Assembly (NCBI GenBank): GCA_016184305.1
Contig: JACPCX010000134.1
Location: 1-34,140 of the forward strand
Direction: 5' to 3'
DNA length: 34,140 bases
From: Candidatus Rokuibacteriota bacterium
GTDB lineage: Bacteria; Methylomirabilota; Methylomirabilia; Rokubacteriales; CSP1-6
A program made the position numbers and the translations under genes. Positions 8,667 to 17,095 of the stretch are shown one piece after another; the stretch's first letter is position 1; every line of letters starts with the position of its first letter. The notes below the pieces were generated by a model, which saw only the letters and a list, made by a program, of their open reading frames with translations, was not told the origin of the DNA and did not search any database.

Positions 8667-9733
8667 GGCGGGGTGTCCGCGGAGCGGTCGGACACCCCCG
8701 CGGACTTGAAGGTGGCCATCTCGGTGAGCACGGCGACCGCGGCGCGCGCGAGGCTGATGCAGAGCGCGGCTCCCGTCCCCTCGCCCAGGCGCATCCCGAG
8801 ATCCAGGTAGGGTTCGAGACCCAGCGCCTCGAGCACGTGGCGGTGACCGGGCTCCACCGAGCGGTGCGAGGCCAGGAGGTACTCCCGCGCCTCGGGCTTG
8901 ATCGTGACGGCGGCGAGAGCCGCGGCCCCGGCGATGAACCCGTCCACGATGACGGGCATGCGATGCGCCGCCCCGGCGAGGATCACGCCGGCGAGCCCCG
9001 CGATCTCGAAGCCGCCGACACGCGCCAGCACATCGAGCCCGTCGCGCGGATCGGGGCGGTTCACTTCCAGCGCGCGCGCGACGGCGCCGACCTTGCGCCG
9101 CCAGCCCTCCCCGTCGATGCCCGTGCCGAGCCCGGTGACCTCCTCGGGTCGCGCCCCCGTGATTGCTGCCACCATGGCGCTCGCCGCGGTGGTGTTGCCG
9201 ATACCCATCTCGCCGGTGCCGACGAGGCCCAGCCCGCGGCTCACCTCCGCCTCCACGAGCGCCGCGCCCGCCTCCACGGCGGCGAGGGCCTGCTCCCGGG
9301 TCATGGCAGGACCCCGCGTGATATTGCCCGTCCCGGGGCCGATCTTCCTCCCGGCCAGGCCCGGCTGGGCGGCGAGGGGCTCCGCCACTCCCAGGTCAGC
9401 GACGACCACACGGGCTCCAGCGTAGCGGGCCAGCACATTGACGGCTGCCCCGCCCCTCGAGAAGTTCTCGACCATCTGCGCCGTAACTGCCTGTGGATAG
9501 GCGCTGACACCCTCCTCCACCACCCCGTGGTCTCCCGCCAGCGTGAAGATCACCGGATCCTGGATCCGGGGCGGGCAATGGCCGGTGATGAGGCAGAGGA
9601 CCCTGGCCAGCTCCTCCAGCCGGCCGAGGCTGCCCGGGGGTTTCGTCAGCTGGTCAAGCCGCTGCTGGGCCTCGAGGCCCACGGCTGGATCCGGCAGGAC
9701 GATGCGGTCAAGGAGCCTGTAGAGGCTGGTCAT
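8663..9733 (-). CDS. cobT: Nicotinate-nucleotide-dimethylbenzimidazole phosphoribosyltransferase
   Basis: LTKPPGSLGRLE, AGDHGV, GEMGIGNTT, VGGFEIAG, DGFI, LGMRLGEGTGA. Confidence 0.96.
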   Translation of the reverse strand: MTSLYRLLDRIVLPDPAVGLEAQQRLDQLTKPPGSLGRLEELARVLCLITGHCPPRIQDPVIFTLAGDHGVVEEGVSAYPQAVTAQMVENFSRGGAAVNVLARYAGARVVVADLGVAEPLAAQPGLAGRKIGPGTGNITRGPAMTREQALAAVEAGAALVEAEVSRGLGLVGTGEMGIGNTTAASAMVAAITGARPEEVTGLGTGIDGEGWRRKVGAVARALEVNRPDPRDGLDVLARVGGFEIAGLAGVILAGAAHRMPVIVDGFIAGAAALAAVTIKPEAREYLLASHRSVEPGHRHVLEALGLEPYLDLGMRLGEGTGAALCISLARAAVAVLTEMATFKSAGVSDRSADTPP

Positions 9734-10301
9734 GGGGGCTCTCCGGTGTGTCGGTTGTACCCTTCCCGGACGGGTTCTTCACGGTGAGGGGGATCCCGGC
9801 CACCATCAGGGTGACCCGGTCGGCGGCCTGGGCCACGCGCTGATTCACGAGGCCCAGGAGATCCTGGAAGCGCAACCCTGCGGCGGTCGGGGGATGGACG
9901 CCGGCACCGACCTCGTTGCTGACGATGAGGAGCGAGACCGCTCGGGCGCCCATGACGGCGGCGAGATCGTCGGCGCCCCGGAGGATCGTCTTGTCGTCGT
10001 CGCCGCGAAGGAGGCGATTCGAGACCCAGAGGGTCAGGCAGTCCACGACGAGCAGGTCGGCGCGGCCGGTCAGGCGGCCACAGGCGGCAGGGAGATCGAA
10101 TGGCTCCTCGACGGTGAGCCAGGAGGACGGACGCTCCGCGCGGTGGCGGGCGATGCGGGCAGCCATGTCGGCATCGCCTGGCTGCGCGGTGGCGACGAAG
10201 GCGACGCGCGCGTCCAGCGGACGCGCGAGGTGGAGGCAGTGACGGCTCTTACCGCTGCGGGCTCCACCCAGGATCAGGTGAGATGAATGGCGAGCGAGCA
10301 C
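9708..10301 (-). CDS. cobU: Bifunctional adenosylcobinamide kinase / cobinamide-phosphate guanylyltransferase (CobU/CobP)
   Basis: LILGGARSGKS, RIARHRAERP..W.TVEEP, VDCLTLWVSN, VSNEVG.G, LG.VNQ.VA. RBS GAGGGAGG before GTG 10301. Confidence 0.95.
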   Translation of the reverse strand: MLARHSSHLILGGARSGKSRHCLHLARPLDARVAFVATAQPGDADMAARIARHRAERPSSWLTVEEPFDLPAACGRLTGRADLLVVDCLTLWVSNRLLRGDDDKTILRGADDLAAVMGARAVSLLIVSNEVGAGVHPPTAAGLRFQDLLGLVNQRVAQAADRVTLMVAGIPLTVKNPSGKGTTDTPESPHDQPLQAP

Positions 10302-10337
10302 CCGGGCCCTCCCTCGAAGACCGGTATGGCTGGTCTG

Positions 10338-10513
10338 GGAGTCCGGGTCGGTCTCCTGGCTCTCGGATCGTCCTACTCCCCACGCCTTCCCGGCGCGCGC
10401 TCCCGCGGGCCAGTGGCTTCATCGTGGGTTTCGTCCCCGATTACAGTGACGGGGTCGCGGCGGATTCGCACCGCCTTCCCGGGGAGCCCGCTCCAGCGGG
10501 CATCCCGGACTCC
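10338..10513 (-). ncRNA. Cobalamin riboswitch (leader of the cob/btu operon)
   Basis: Minus strand: P1 GGAGTCCGGG/CCCGGACTCC, CGGGAAGGCGGTGCGAATCCGCCGCGACCCCGTCACTGTAA, GCCACTGG...CCGGGAAGG, GAGCCAGGAGACC. Confidence 0.94.
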
Positions 10514-10526
10514 AGGCTACGGGGGG

Positions 10527-10555
10527 AAGTTAACAGACGCCGCCGGCAGGGTCAA
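10527..10555 (-). promoter_or_regulatory. Sigma70-type promoter for the riboswitch-cobU operon
   Basis: TTGACC-17 nt-TAACTT with an extended -10 TG, ending about 13 nt before riboswitch P1. The -35 overlaps the upstream gene's stop codon. Confidence 0.75.
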
Positions 10556-12531
10556 GGCACAGCCGCGCGGGATAACCTCGCGGCCAGGGCGGGATCGATC
10601 TCGCGGAGCGCGGCGGCATGCCGCTCGGCCTCGGCCGCGTTGCCCGCGAGCAGATGAGCGCGCGCCAGCCAGAAGCGAGGCGACCCATCATGGGGAGCGA
10701 GCGCCATCGCGCTCTCCAGCGGCGCCAGCGCCTCGCGCTCCCGGCCGAGCTCGACCAGGGCGCGGCCCATGTTGAGGAAGGTGTCGGCGTCCGCCGCGGA
10801 CAGCCCGACCGCCTCGGTGAAATCGGCGAGCGCCTCGGTGAAGTGGCCCGCGCGAGCGAGCTCCGCCCCGCGGTTCTTGAGCGCATGCGCCAGGTTGACC
10901 CGGGCGCCCGGGACGTCAGGCCCGAGAATGAGCGCGCGGCGCAGGAGCGCGATGGCCTCGCCGTACCGTCCCTGGCGGGCGTACAGGGCCCCGAGGTTGG
11001 CGGGAGCGTCCGCGAGCACGGGCGACAGGCGCATGGCGTCCGCGAACTCCAGCTCCGCCTCGGCGTAGCGCCCCTGGGACGCGAGCGCCGTGCCAAGGTT
11101 GTTGTGGGCGGCCGGCCGGTCGCGTCCGAGTGCGATCGCCGCGCGGAACTCGGCCTCGGCCTCCCGGTGCCGCCCCAGGGCCAGCAGCGCATGGCCGAGG
11201 TTGTTGTGGCAGAACATGCACCCGGGATCGGCCTCGATGGCCACTCGCCATAACCCCTCCGAATCCCGCCAGATCTTGCTCTGCTCCCAGGCGCCATACC
11301 CCAGCCCCAGCGTGGCGAGCACCACGCCTGCCAGCACCCCGGTCGTGACGCCCCGGCCGACGCGCCTCTCCTCTCGCCGCCTGAGCACCCACACCACGCC
11401 CCCTCCGGCGAGCAGGGCCCAGCCGAGACAGGCGAGATAGGTGTAGCGGTCGGCGGTGATCTGGGGCCCGCTCTGGACCACGCCGATCACGGGGAGGAGG
11501 GTGATGGCGTACACCGCGGCCGCAGCGCAGAGCGCCGGCCAGCGCCGGCGCAGTGCGACGATCACGGCCGCCAGCAGGAGCACCGCCGCGGCCCTCCAGA
11601 GTACTCGAGCGCCGAAGAGGTCGAAGCCGTGGGACATCTCGTAGAGCGGCGAGAGGAGATGCGGGAAGAACGTCTTCCCGAGATAGAACGCGTACCCGTA
11701 CAGCGACAGCATGATGCGCTCGGCGAGACCCAGGTCTTCGAGCCCAACGGTGGCGCGCACCGGGGCGCGAGCCATGAAGGCAACCACCGTGGCCGCCAGG
11801 GCGAGCAGGACGAACGGGGCCTTCTCGGCCCAGACCCGCCGCGCCGCAGGCGTGGTCCACCCTACCGCCCCTCCGAGCCGCCGGAGCGGATAGACGTCCA
11901 GGATCACGAGGACCGCGGGCAGGCTCACGACCAGCGCCTTGGAGAGGAGTGCTGCGACGAAGAGCAACATGGAGGCGCCATACCAGCGCCAGCCGCTCGG
12001 GAACGCCCCCGCGGAGCGGGCGGCGGCGGCGCGCAGATACGCGAGGACGGTCAGGAGGTAGAAGAGCCCGGACAGCACATCCCGCCGCTCGGACAGCCAC
12101 ACCACGGACTCGACGCGCAGGGGATGGACGGCGAAGAGGAGCGCCGCGGCCGCGGCGCCCACGCGGAGCACGGGATGATCCGGGGGCGCGGCGACGGCCG
12201 CGGCCAGCAGCCGCCGCGCGACGTGGAAAAAGGCCACGGCCGCGGCCCCGTGGAGCAGCAGGCTCGTGAGATGGAAGCCGAAGGGGTCGAGGCCCCAGAT
12301 CGTGTAGTCGGCTCCGAGCGTGATCCAGGTCAGCGGGTGATAATGCCCCATGTGGAAGGCGGTGAACATCCACCTGAGCTGCGCCCAGCCGAGGCCGCGG
12401 TACGCCTCGTTCTTCAGCAGGTTCTCGGCGTCGTCCCAGTTGACGAAACCCGCCTGGAGCGCGGGCAGAAAGGCGGCGCACGTGACGAGAAAGATGAGGG
12501 GCGCCAGGACCCAGCGGAGCGGGTGCCGCAA
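10552..12531 (-). CDS. Polytopic membrane protein with C-terminal TPR repeats (TMTC/GT-C glycosyltransferase-like)
   Basis: FVNWDD in the first loop, YHPLTW, LFAVHPLRVESVVWLSERRDVL, ALLSK, ADRYTYL, W.DS..LW, then several TPR repeats (AHNNLG...GRY.EA). Confidence 0.8.
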   Translation of the reverse strand: MRHPLRWVLAPLIFLVTCAAFLPALQAGFVNWDDAENLLKNEAYRGLGWAQLRWMFTAFHMGHYHPLTWITLGADYTIWGLDPFGFHLTSLLLHGAAAVAFFHVARRLLAAAVAAPPDHPVLRVGAAAAALLFAVHPLRVESVVWLSERRDVLSGLFYLLTVLAYLRAAAARSAGAFPSGWRWYGASMLLFVAALLSKALVVSLPAVLVILDVYPLRRLGGAVGWTTPAARRVWAEKAPFVLLALAATVVAFMARAPVRATVGLEDLGLAERIMLSLYGYAFYLGKTFFPHLLSPLYEMSHGFDLFGARVLWRAAAVLLLAAVIVALRRRWPALCAAAAVYAITLLPVIGVVQSGPQITADRYTYLACLGWALLAGGGVVWVLRRREERRVGRGVTTGVLAGVVLATLGLGYGAWEQSKIWRDSEGLWRVAIEADPGCMFCHNNLGHALLALGRHREAEAEFRAAIALGRDRPAAHNNLGTALASQGRYAEAELEFADAMRLSPVLADAPANLGALYARQGRYGEAIALLRRALILGPDVPGARVNLAHALKNRGAELARAGHFTEALADFTEAVGLSAADADTFLNMGRALVELGREREALAPLESAMALAPHDGSPRFWLARAHLLAGNAAEAERHAAALREIDPALAARLSRAAVP

Positions 12532-12555
12532 CTCAGCCAGCGGTGTGTCCGCCCG

Positions 12556-12921
12556 TCACGAGGCCGAGAAGCGGTCGACGAGCCGGCGCTCCCGCTTGGT
12601 GGGACGGCCGGCTCCGCGGGGGCGGTACACCGGCGGCGGGATCCGCTCCTCCTTCGGGGGCGGCGGCGGGGTGAGGTCCTCGTACAGCAGTACCGCCTGG
12701 GCGCCGGGCCCCCGCTTCTCCGAGAGCACCGCGATCCGGACGATGCGCTTGCCGCGCGGGAGGTTGATGTGGAGCAGATCGCCTGCCCGCACGGGTCGGG
12801 ACGGCTTGGCCCTGTGCTCGTTGACGTACACCTTGCCGCCGTCACAGGCCGCCGCCGCGAGAGTCCGGCTCTTGAAGAAGCGCGCCGCCCAGAGCCACTT
12901 GTCGAGGCGTACATCGCCCAT
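12556..12921 (-). CDS. hslR: Ribosome-associated heat shock protein Hsp15 (S4 domain)
   Basis: MGDVRLDKWLWAARFFKSRTLA...GGKV.VN..AKPS...GRPTKRERR. True start is ATG 12921; the track's upstream extension overlaps the divergent gene. Confidence 0.93.
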   Translation of the reverse strand: MGDVRLDKWLWAARFFKSRTLAAAACDGGKVYVNEHRAKPSRPVRAGDLLHINLPRGKRIVRIAVLSEKRGPGAQAVLLYEDLTPPPPPKEERIPPPVYRPRGAGRPTKRERRLVDRFSAS

Positions 12922-13015
12922 GGCGCCCTTACGGTAACATAATGAGTAGGTTATACTCGCTGCCTGCCGGAGGAACGAGGCGCATCCGGCGAATGTTCTC
13001 TTCCAGGAGGGTCCT

Positions 13016-13723
13016 GTGCTCGAAGGCGCGCTGAGGCTCGGACGGATCGGGGGAGCGGCCCTTGCGGCGGCCGTGCTGGCGCTCGCGGGGGTCGGAGCCG
13101 CCCGCGCGGCGGACCCTTCGGCCACCCTCATCGAGGACTGGTCGCGCCAGCCGACGGGCAAGACCGGCATCCCCGACGGCTGGAAGGGACAGAACTGGGG
13201 CAGCCCGAAGTACGACTTCACGATCGTCAGCGAGAGCCCCACCAAGGCGCTCCACCTGAAAAGCCGGGACGAGGGCTCGACCATCAGCAAGGAGTTCAAG
13301 GTGGACCTCAAGCGCTACCCCATCCTCCAGTGGCGCTGGAAGGTGGTGACGCTCCCTCGAGGCGGCGACTCGCGGAAGAAGGAGGCCGACGACCAGGGCG
13401 GCCAGATCTACGTCACCTTCCCGCGCTTCCCGTCGGCGGTGCGCTCGCGCGTGATCGGCTACGTGTGGGACACGACGGCTCCTGCCGGCACCATCGTCAA
13501 GAGCGAGAAGACCGGCACGGTCACCTACGTGATCGTGCGCTCGGGAGACGCGGAGACGGGCCGCTGGCTCACCGAGACGCGCAACGTCTACGAGGACTAC
13601 AGGCGCATCTACGGCGAGGAGCCCGGCGAGGAGGTGGGCGCCGTGTCCGTCGCCATCGACTCCAACGACACCCACTCGGCCGCCGAGGCCTTCATCGGCG
13701 AGATCCTGTTCCGGAAGCCGTGA
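13016..13723 (+). CDS. DUF3047-like exported protein
   Basis: Signal peptide; YPILQWRWKV..LP.GGD, DD...IYV.F, YVWD, G.W.TE.RNV..DY...YGE, DSNDT. RBS AGGAGG before the GTG start. Confidence 0.8.
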   Translation: MLEGALRLGRIGGAALAAAVLALAGVGAARAADPSATLIEDWSRQPTGKTGIPDGWKGQNWGSPKYDFTIVSESPTKALHLKSRDEGSTISKEFKVDLKRYPILQWRWKVVTLPRGGDSRKKEADDQGGQIYVTFPRFPSAVRSRVIGYVWDTTAPAGTIVKSEKTGTVTYVIVRSGDAETGRWLTETRNVYEDYRRIYGEEPGEEVGAVSVAIDSNDTHSAAEAFIGEILFRKP

Positions 13724-13748
13724 TCCCGGCGCGCAGCGAGGACAGCCG

Positions 13749-14174
13749 ATGACCAGGGGGAGTAGCGCACCGGCCGGCAGTGGCGGAGGCGGCATCGACA
13801 GCTACGGCGCGACCATCCTTCGCATTGCGCTGGGCATCATCTACATCGGGCACGGCTACCTGGCCCTGTTCGTCTACGGGCCGCGGGGGACCGCGGCGTT
13901 CCAGCGGAGCCTCGGGCTCCCCCTTCCCGAGATCGGCGCATGGTACGTGATCCTGGCTCACGGTGTCGGCGGGGCGCTTCTCCTCCTCGGGCTCTGGACG
14001 CGCTGGGCGGCCCTGGTGAACCTGCCGATCATGGCGGGGGCCTTCTTCCTGGTCCACCTGAAACAGGGGTTCTTCATGGGATCCCAAGGCGGCTACGAGT
14101 TCGTGCTGCTCGTGCTGGCCGCCACCCTCGCCCAGGTCTTCCTCGGCTCGGGAGCCCTCGCGCTGAGGCGATAG
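13749..14174 (+). CDS. DoxX family membrane protein
   Basis: ILRIALG..YI.HG, GGALLLLGLWTRWAAL, VH...GFF, GGYEF..L, GSGAL.L. Confidence 0.88.
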   Translation: MTRGSSAPAGSGGGGIDSYGATILRIALGIIYIGHGYLALFVYGPRGTAAFQRSLGLPLPEIGAWYVILAHGVGGALLLLGLWTRWAALVNLPIMAGAFFLVHLKQGFFMGSQGGYEFVLLVLAATLAQVFLGSGALALRR

Positions 14175-14184
14175 CCGGCTGGCC

Positions 14185-15156
14185 TCACTTCATCAGCTCA
14201 ACCGCGGCGGCGACGATTTGCCCGGCGTGAGCCGTGACGAAGGCCTCCATGGGCGGGCTGAACGGGATCGGGACATCGGGAGCCGCGACGCGCGCAATCG
14301 GCGCGTCCAGCTCGTCGAAGCTCTGCTCCATGACAACCCAGGCAAGCCAGGCGCCCACGCTGGCGCGCATGGGGCCCTCCTCGGCGATGACCACCCGGTG
14401 GGTCTTCGCTACCGACGCCGCCAGCGCCGCCCTGTCCAGCGGGACGAGGCTCCGCGGGTCCACGACCTCGGCGGAGATACCCTCCTCGGCGAGCATCTCG
14501 GCCGCCAGGAGCGCCTCGCCCACCATGCGGGCCGTGGCGATCACGGTGACGTCCGTGCCCGCGCGCTTCACGTCGGCCGATCCGAGCGGCACCAGCGTCT
14601 CCTCCGCCGGCACCTCTCCCTGGACGCGATAGAGCGCGCGGTGCTCGAAGATGAGGACGGGGTCGGGATCGCGGATGGCGGTCTTGAGCAGCCCCCGCGC
14701 ATCCGCCGGCGTGGAGGGCATGCACACCTTGAGGCCCGGCGTGTTGACGAACCACGCCTCCACCGAGTTGGAGTGATGCCCGCCGGCCGACTTGCCGATG
14801 CCGTAGGGCATCCGGAGCGTCAGCGGACAGGCGATCTGTCCGCCGAACATGTAGCGGCTCTTGGCGATCTGGTTGACCACCTCGTCCATGGCGCAGGTGA
14901 CGAAATCGGCGAAATGCATGTCCACCACGGGCACCAGCCCCGTGATGGCCGCGCCCAGCGAGGAGCCCACGATGGCCGCCTCCGAGATGGGAGCATTGCG
15001 CACCCGCGCGAGACCGAACTCCTCGGCGAGCCCCTTGGTGACGCTGAAGGGGACGCCGAGCACGATGTCCTCGCCGATGCAGTAGACGCGCCCGTCGCGG
15101 CGCATCTCCTCCTTGAGCGCGAGGTTCAGCGCATCCCCGAAGTCCATCAGCGGCAT
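14185..15156 (-). CDS. TPP-dependent 2-oxoacid/acetoin dehydrogenase E1 beta subunit
   Basis: GEDI, RVRNAPISEAAIVG, MHFADF, HHSNSVEAWF, PSTPADARGLL, DPRSLVPLD, LDAPIARV..PDVPIPFS. Confidence 0.92.
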   Translation of the reverse strand: MPLMDFGDALNLALKEEMRRDGRVYCIGEDIVLGVPFSVTKGLAEEFGLARVRNAPISEAAIVGSSLGAAITGLVPVVDMHFADFVTCAMDEVVNQIAKSRYMFGGQIACPLTLRMPYGIGKSAGGHHSNSVEAWFVNTPGLKVCMPSTPADARGLLKTAIRDPDPVLIFEHRALYRVQGEVPAEETLVPLGSADVKRAGTDVTVIATARMVGEALLAAEMLAEEGISAEVVDPRSLVPLDRAALAASVAKTHRVVIAEEGPMRASVGAWLAWVVMEQSFDELDAPIARVAAPDVPIPFSPPMEAFVTAHAGQIVAAAVELMK

Positions 15157-15234
15157 TTGTGACCAGCCTGCGGGTTCTTCAGCAACCTGCTAGCCCCCCC
15201 ACCCCGTTCGTGGCCAGATCCGCGCGCGCGGGGG

Positions 15235-16185
15235 TCATCGGCCCTTCCACGGCCAGTGGACGAAGAGGTCGTCGAGGGCAGCCTCGGGCTCCGGCAGCGG
15301 GCTCGACTCGGCGAAGGCGATGGCGTCCTCCACTTCAGCCTCGATGGCCTGCGCCACTCGCGCCGGTTGCGCCGCATCCAGCAGCGCGGCGCCCTCCAGA
15401 TGCGCGCGGAGGCGCGCGATGGGGTCCTGCCGCCGTCCTTCCTCCACCTCGCTCTTCGGGCGATAGGCCTGCGGATCCCCCTCGTGGTGACCAAGCCACC
15501 GCACCGTCTTCGCCTCGATGAGGGACGGGCCGTCGCCGCCACGCGCGCGCCTGACGGCTTCCGCGACGGCGGCATGCACCGCCAGCGCATCGTTGCCATC
15601 CACGGCGACACCCGGGATGCCGTAGCCCGCCGCCCGCGCCGCGATGCTGCCGCCGGCCGTCGAGAGCTCGTGCGCCGTCGTGGAGGCCCAGGAGTTGTTC
15701 TCGCAGACGAAGACCACCGGGGCGCGCCACAGCGCCGACAGGTTCACGCCCTCGTGGAAGGGCCCGCGGTTGGCGGCGCCATCCCCGAAGAGCACCACCA
15801 CCACCTGATCCGTCCCGCGTATCTGGATCGACAGCCCCACCCCCGGCCCCAGCACGCAGCCCGACGCGAGCACCCCGTTGGCGCCCAGGTATCCAACCGA
15901 GGCATCCGCGATATGCATGGAGCCGCCCTTGCCCTTGCAGCAGCCGGTGACCTTGCCGAAGATCTCGGCCATGAGCCGCCGGAGCGAGCCGCCCTTGGCG
16001 ATCAGGTGGCCGTGGCCGCGGTGGGTGGAGAGAAGGTAGTCGTCGCGCCGGAGCGCCGCGCAGACGCCCACGGCCACGCCTTCCTGGCCCACGGAGAGAT
16101 GGATGAAGCCGGGGATGCGGCCGGCGTGGTATAGCTCGCGCGCGCGCGCATCGGGGGCCGGGGTCGGCGCGCCCTCCTCGACCAC
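15235..16185 (-). CDS. TPP-dependent dehydrogenase E1 alpha subunit; N-terminus looks shortened
   Basis: GFIHLSVGQE, STHRGHGH, GKGGSMH, TPP motif GDGAAN...ENN, R..GHHEGDP. The conserved M..IR.FE helix is missing before ARELY. Confidence 0.85.
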   Translation of the reverse strand: MVEEGAPTPAPDARARELYHAGRIPGFIHLSVGQEGVAVGVCAALRRDDYLLSTHRGHGHLIAKGGSLRRLMAEIFGKVTGCCKGKGGSMHIADASVGYLGANGVLASGCVLGPGVGLSIQIRGTDQVVVVLFGDGAANRGPFHEGVNLSALWRAPVVFVCENNSWASTTAHELSTAGGSIAARAAGYGIPGVAVDGNDALAVHAAVAEAVRRARGGDGPSLIEAKTVRWLGHHEGDPQAYRPKSEVEEGRRQDPIARLRAHLEGAALLDAAQPARVAQAIEAEVEDAIAFAESSPLPEPEAALDDLFVHWPWKGR

Positions 16186-16252
16186 GAGCTACCCACCCCA
16201 CGGGGCTCGCAGGGCATCACCGGCCCAGGCCCCCGCCTGCCGCGTCGCCCTG

Positions 16253-17095
16253 CTAGGTCCCGCGCAGCCGCGGGTCGAGCACGTCGCGGAGCGCGTCGCC
16301 CAGCATGTTGGCGCCGAACACCGCCAGCGACAGGGCCACACCCGGCCAGAGCGCGAGCCACGGGGCGCGCAGCATGTGCACGAGCCCGGCGCCGGAGAGC
16401 ATGCCGCCCCAGGACGGACGCGGCGGCGGCACGCCGAACCCGAGGAAGGACAGGGCCGCCTCGATGAGGATGACGGCGCCGATATTGACGGTGGCGAGGA
16501 TGATGATGGGCGCGAAGATGTTGGGGAGGATGTGGCGGAGGATCACGCCCCAGTGGGCCGCCCCGAGCCCCCGCGCCGCCTCCACGTAGAGGTTCTCCTT
16601 CACGGACAGCACCGCGCTCCTGATCACGCGCGAGTCGCGCACGCCCAGCACGAGGCCGAGCGTCAGGATCACGTTGGCAAGGCCCGGCCCCAGCAGCGCC
16701 ATGATGGTCAGCGCCACCAGGAGCAGGGGGAAGCACATGAAGGCGTCCACGAAGCGCTGCACCGCCATGTCGAGCCGGCCGCCGAAGTACCCCGACACCA
16801 GGCCCACGGCCATCGCGCCGAGCAGCCCCAGCGCCACCCCGCCGAAGCCCACGGCCATGGAGACCCGCGCCCCGTGGATGACGCGCGAGAGGAGGTCGCG
16901 TCCCAGGTTGTCGGTGCCGAGCCAGTGGGTCGCGCTTGACGGCTTCAGCCGGGAGAAGATATCCACCTCGTCGTAGTCGTAGGGCGCGACCCGGTCGGCC
17001 AGGAAGGCGAGCGCGATCATGGCGAGGAGAAGAACCGCGCCCAGCAGCCCCAGCGGCTTGCCCCGGAGCCCCGCCCAGGCCATCCAGTCACTCAT
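16253..17095 (-). CDS. Peptide/nickel ABC transporter permease (DppC/OppC family)
   Basis: HWLGTDNLGRDLLSRVIHGARVS, YVEAARGLGA, HILPN, EAALSFLGFG, PSWG. Start at ATG 17095 overlapping the upstream permease end. Confidence 0.92.
   Translation of the reverse strand: MSDWMAWAGLRGKPLGLLGAVLLLAMIALAFLADRVAPYDYDEVDIFSRLKPSSATHWLGTDNLGRDLLSRVIHGARVSMAVGFGGVALGLLGAMAVGLVSGYFGGRLDMAVQRFVDAFMCFPLLLVALTIMALLGPGLANVILTLGLVLGVRDSRVIRSAVLSVKENLYVEAARGLGAAHWGVILRHILPNIFAPIIILATVNIGAVILIEAALSFLGFGVPPPRPSWGGMLSGAGLVHMLRAPWLALWPGVALSLAVFGANMLGDALRDVLDPRLRGT

Noticed and set aside
12922..13311. Long N-terminal extension of Hsp15
   Set aside because: It overlaps the divergent DUF3047 gene and the promoter region; family similarity starts at Met 12921.
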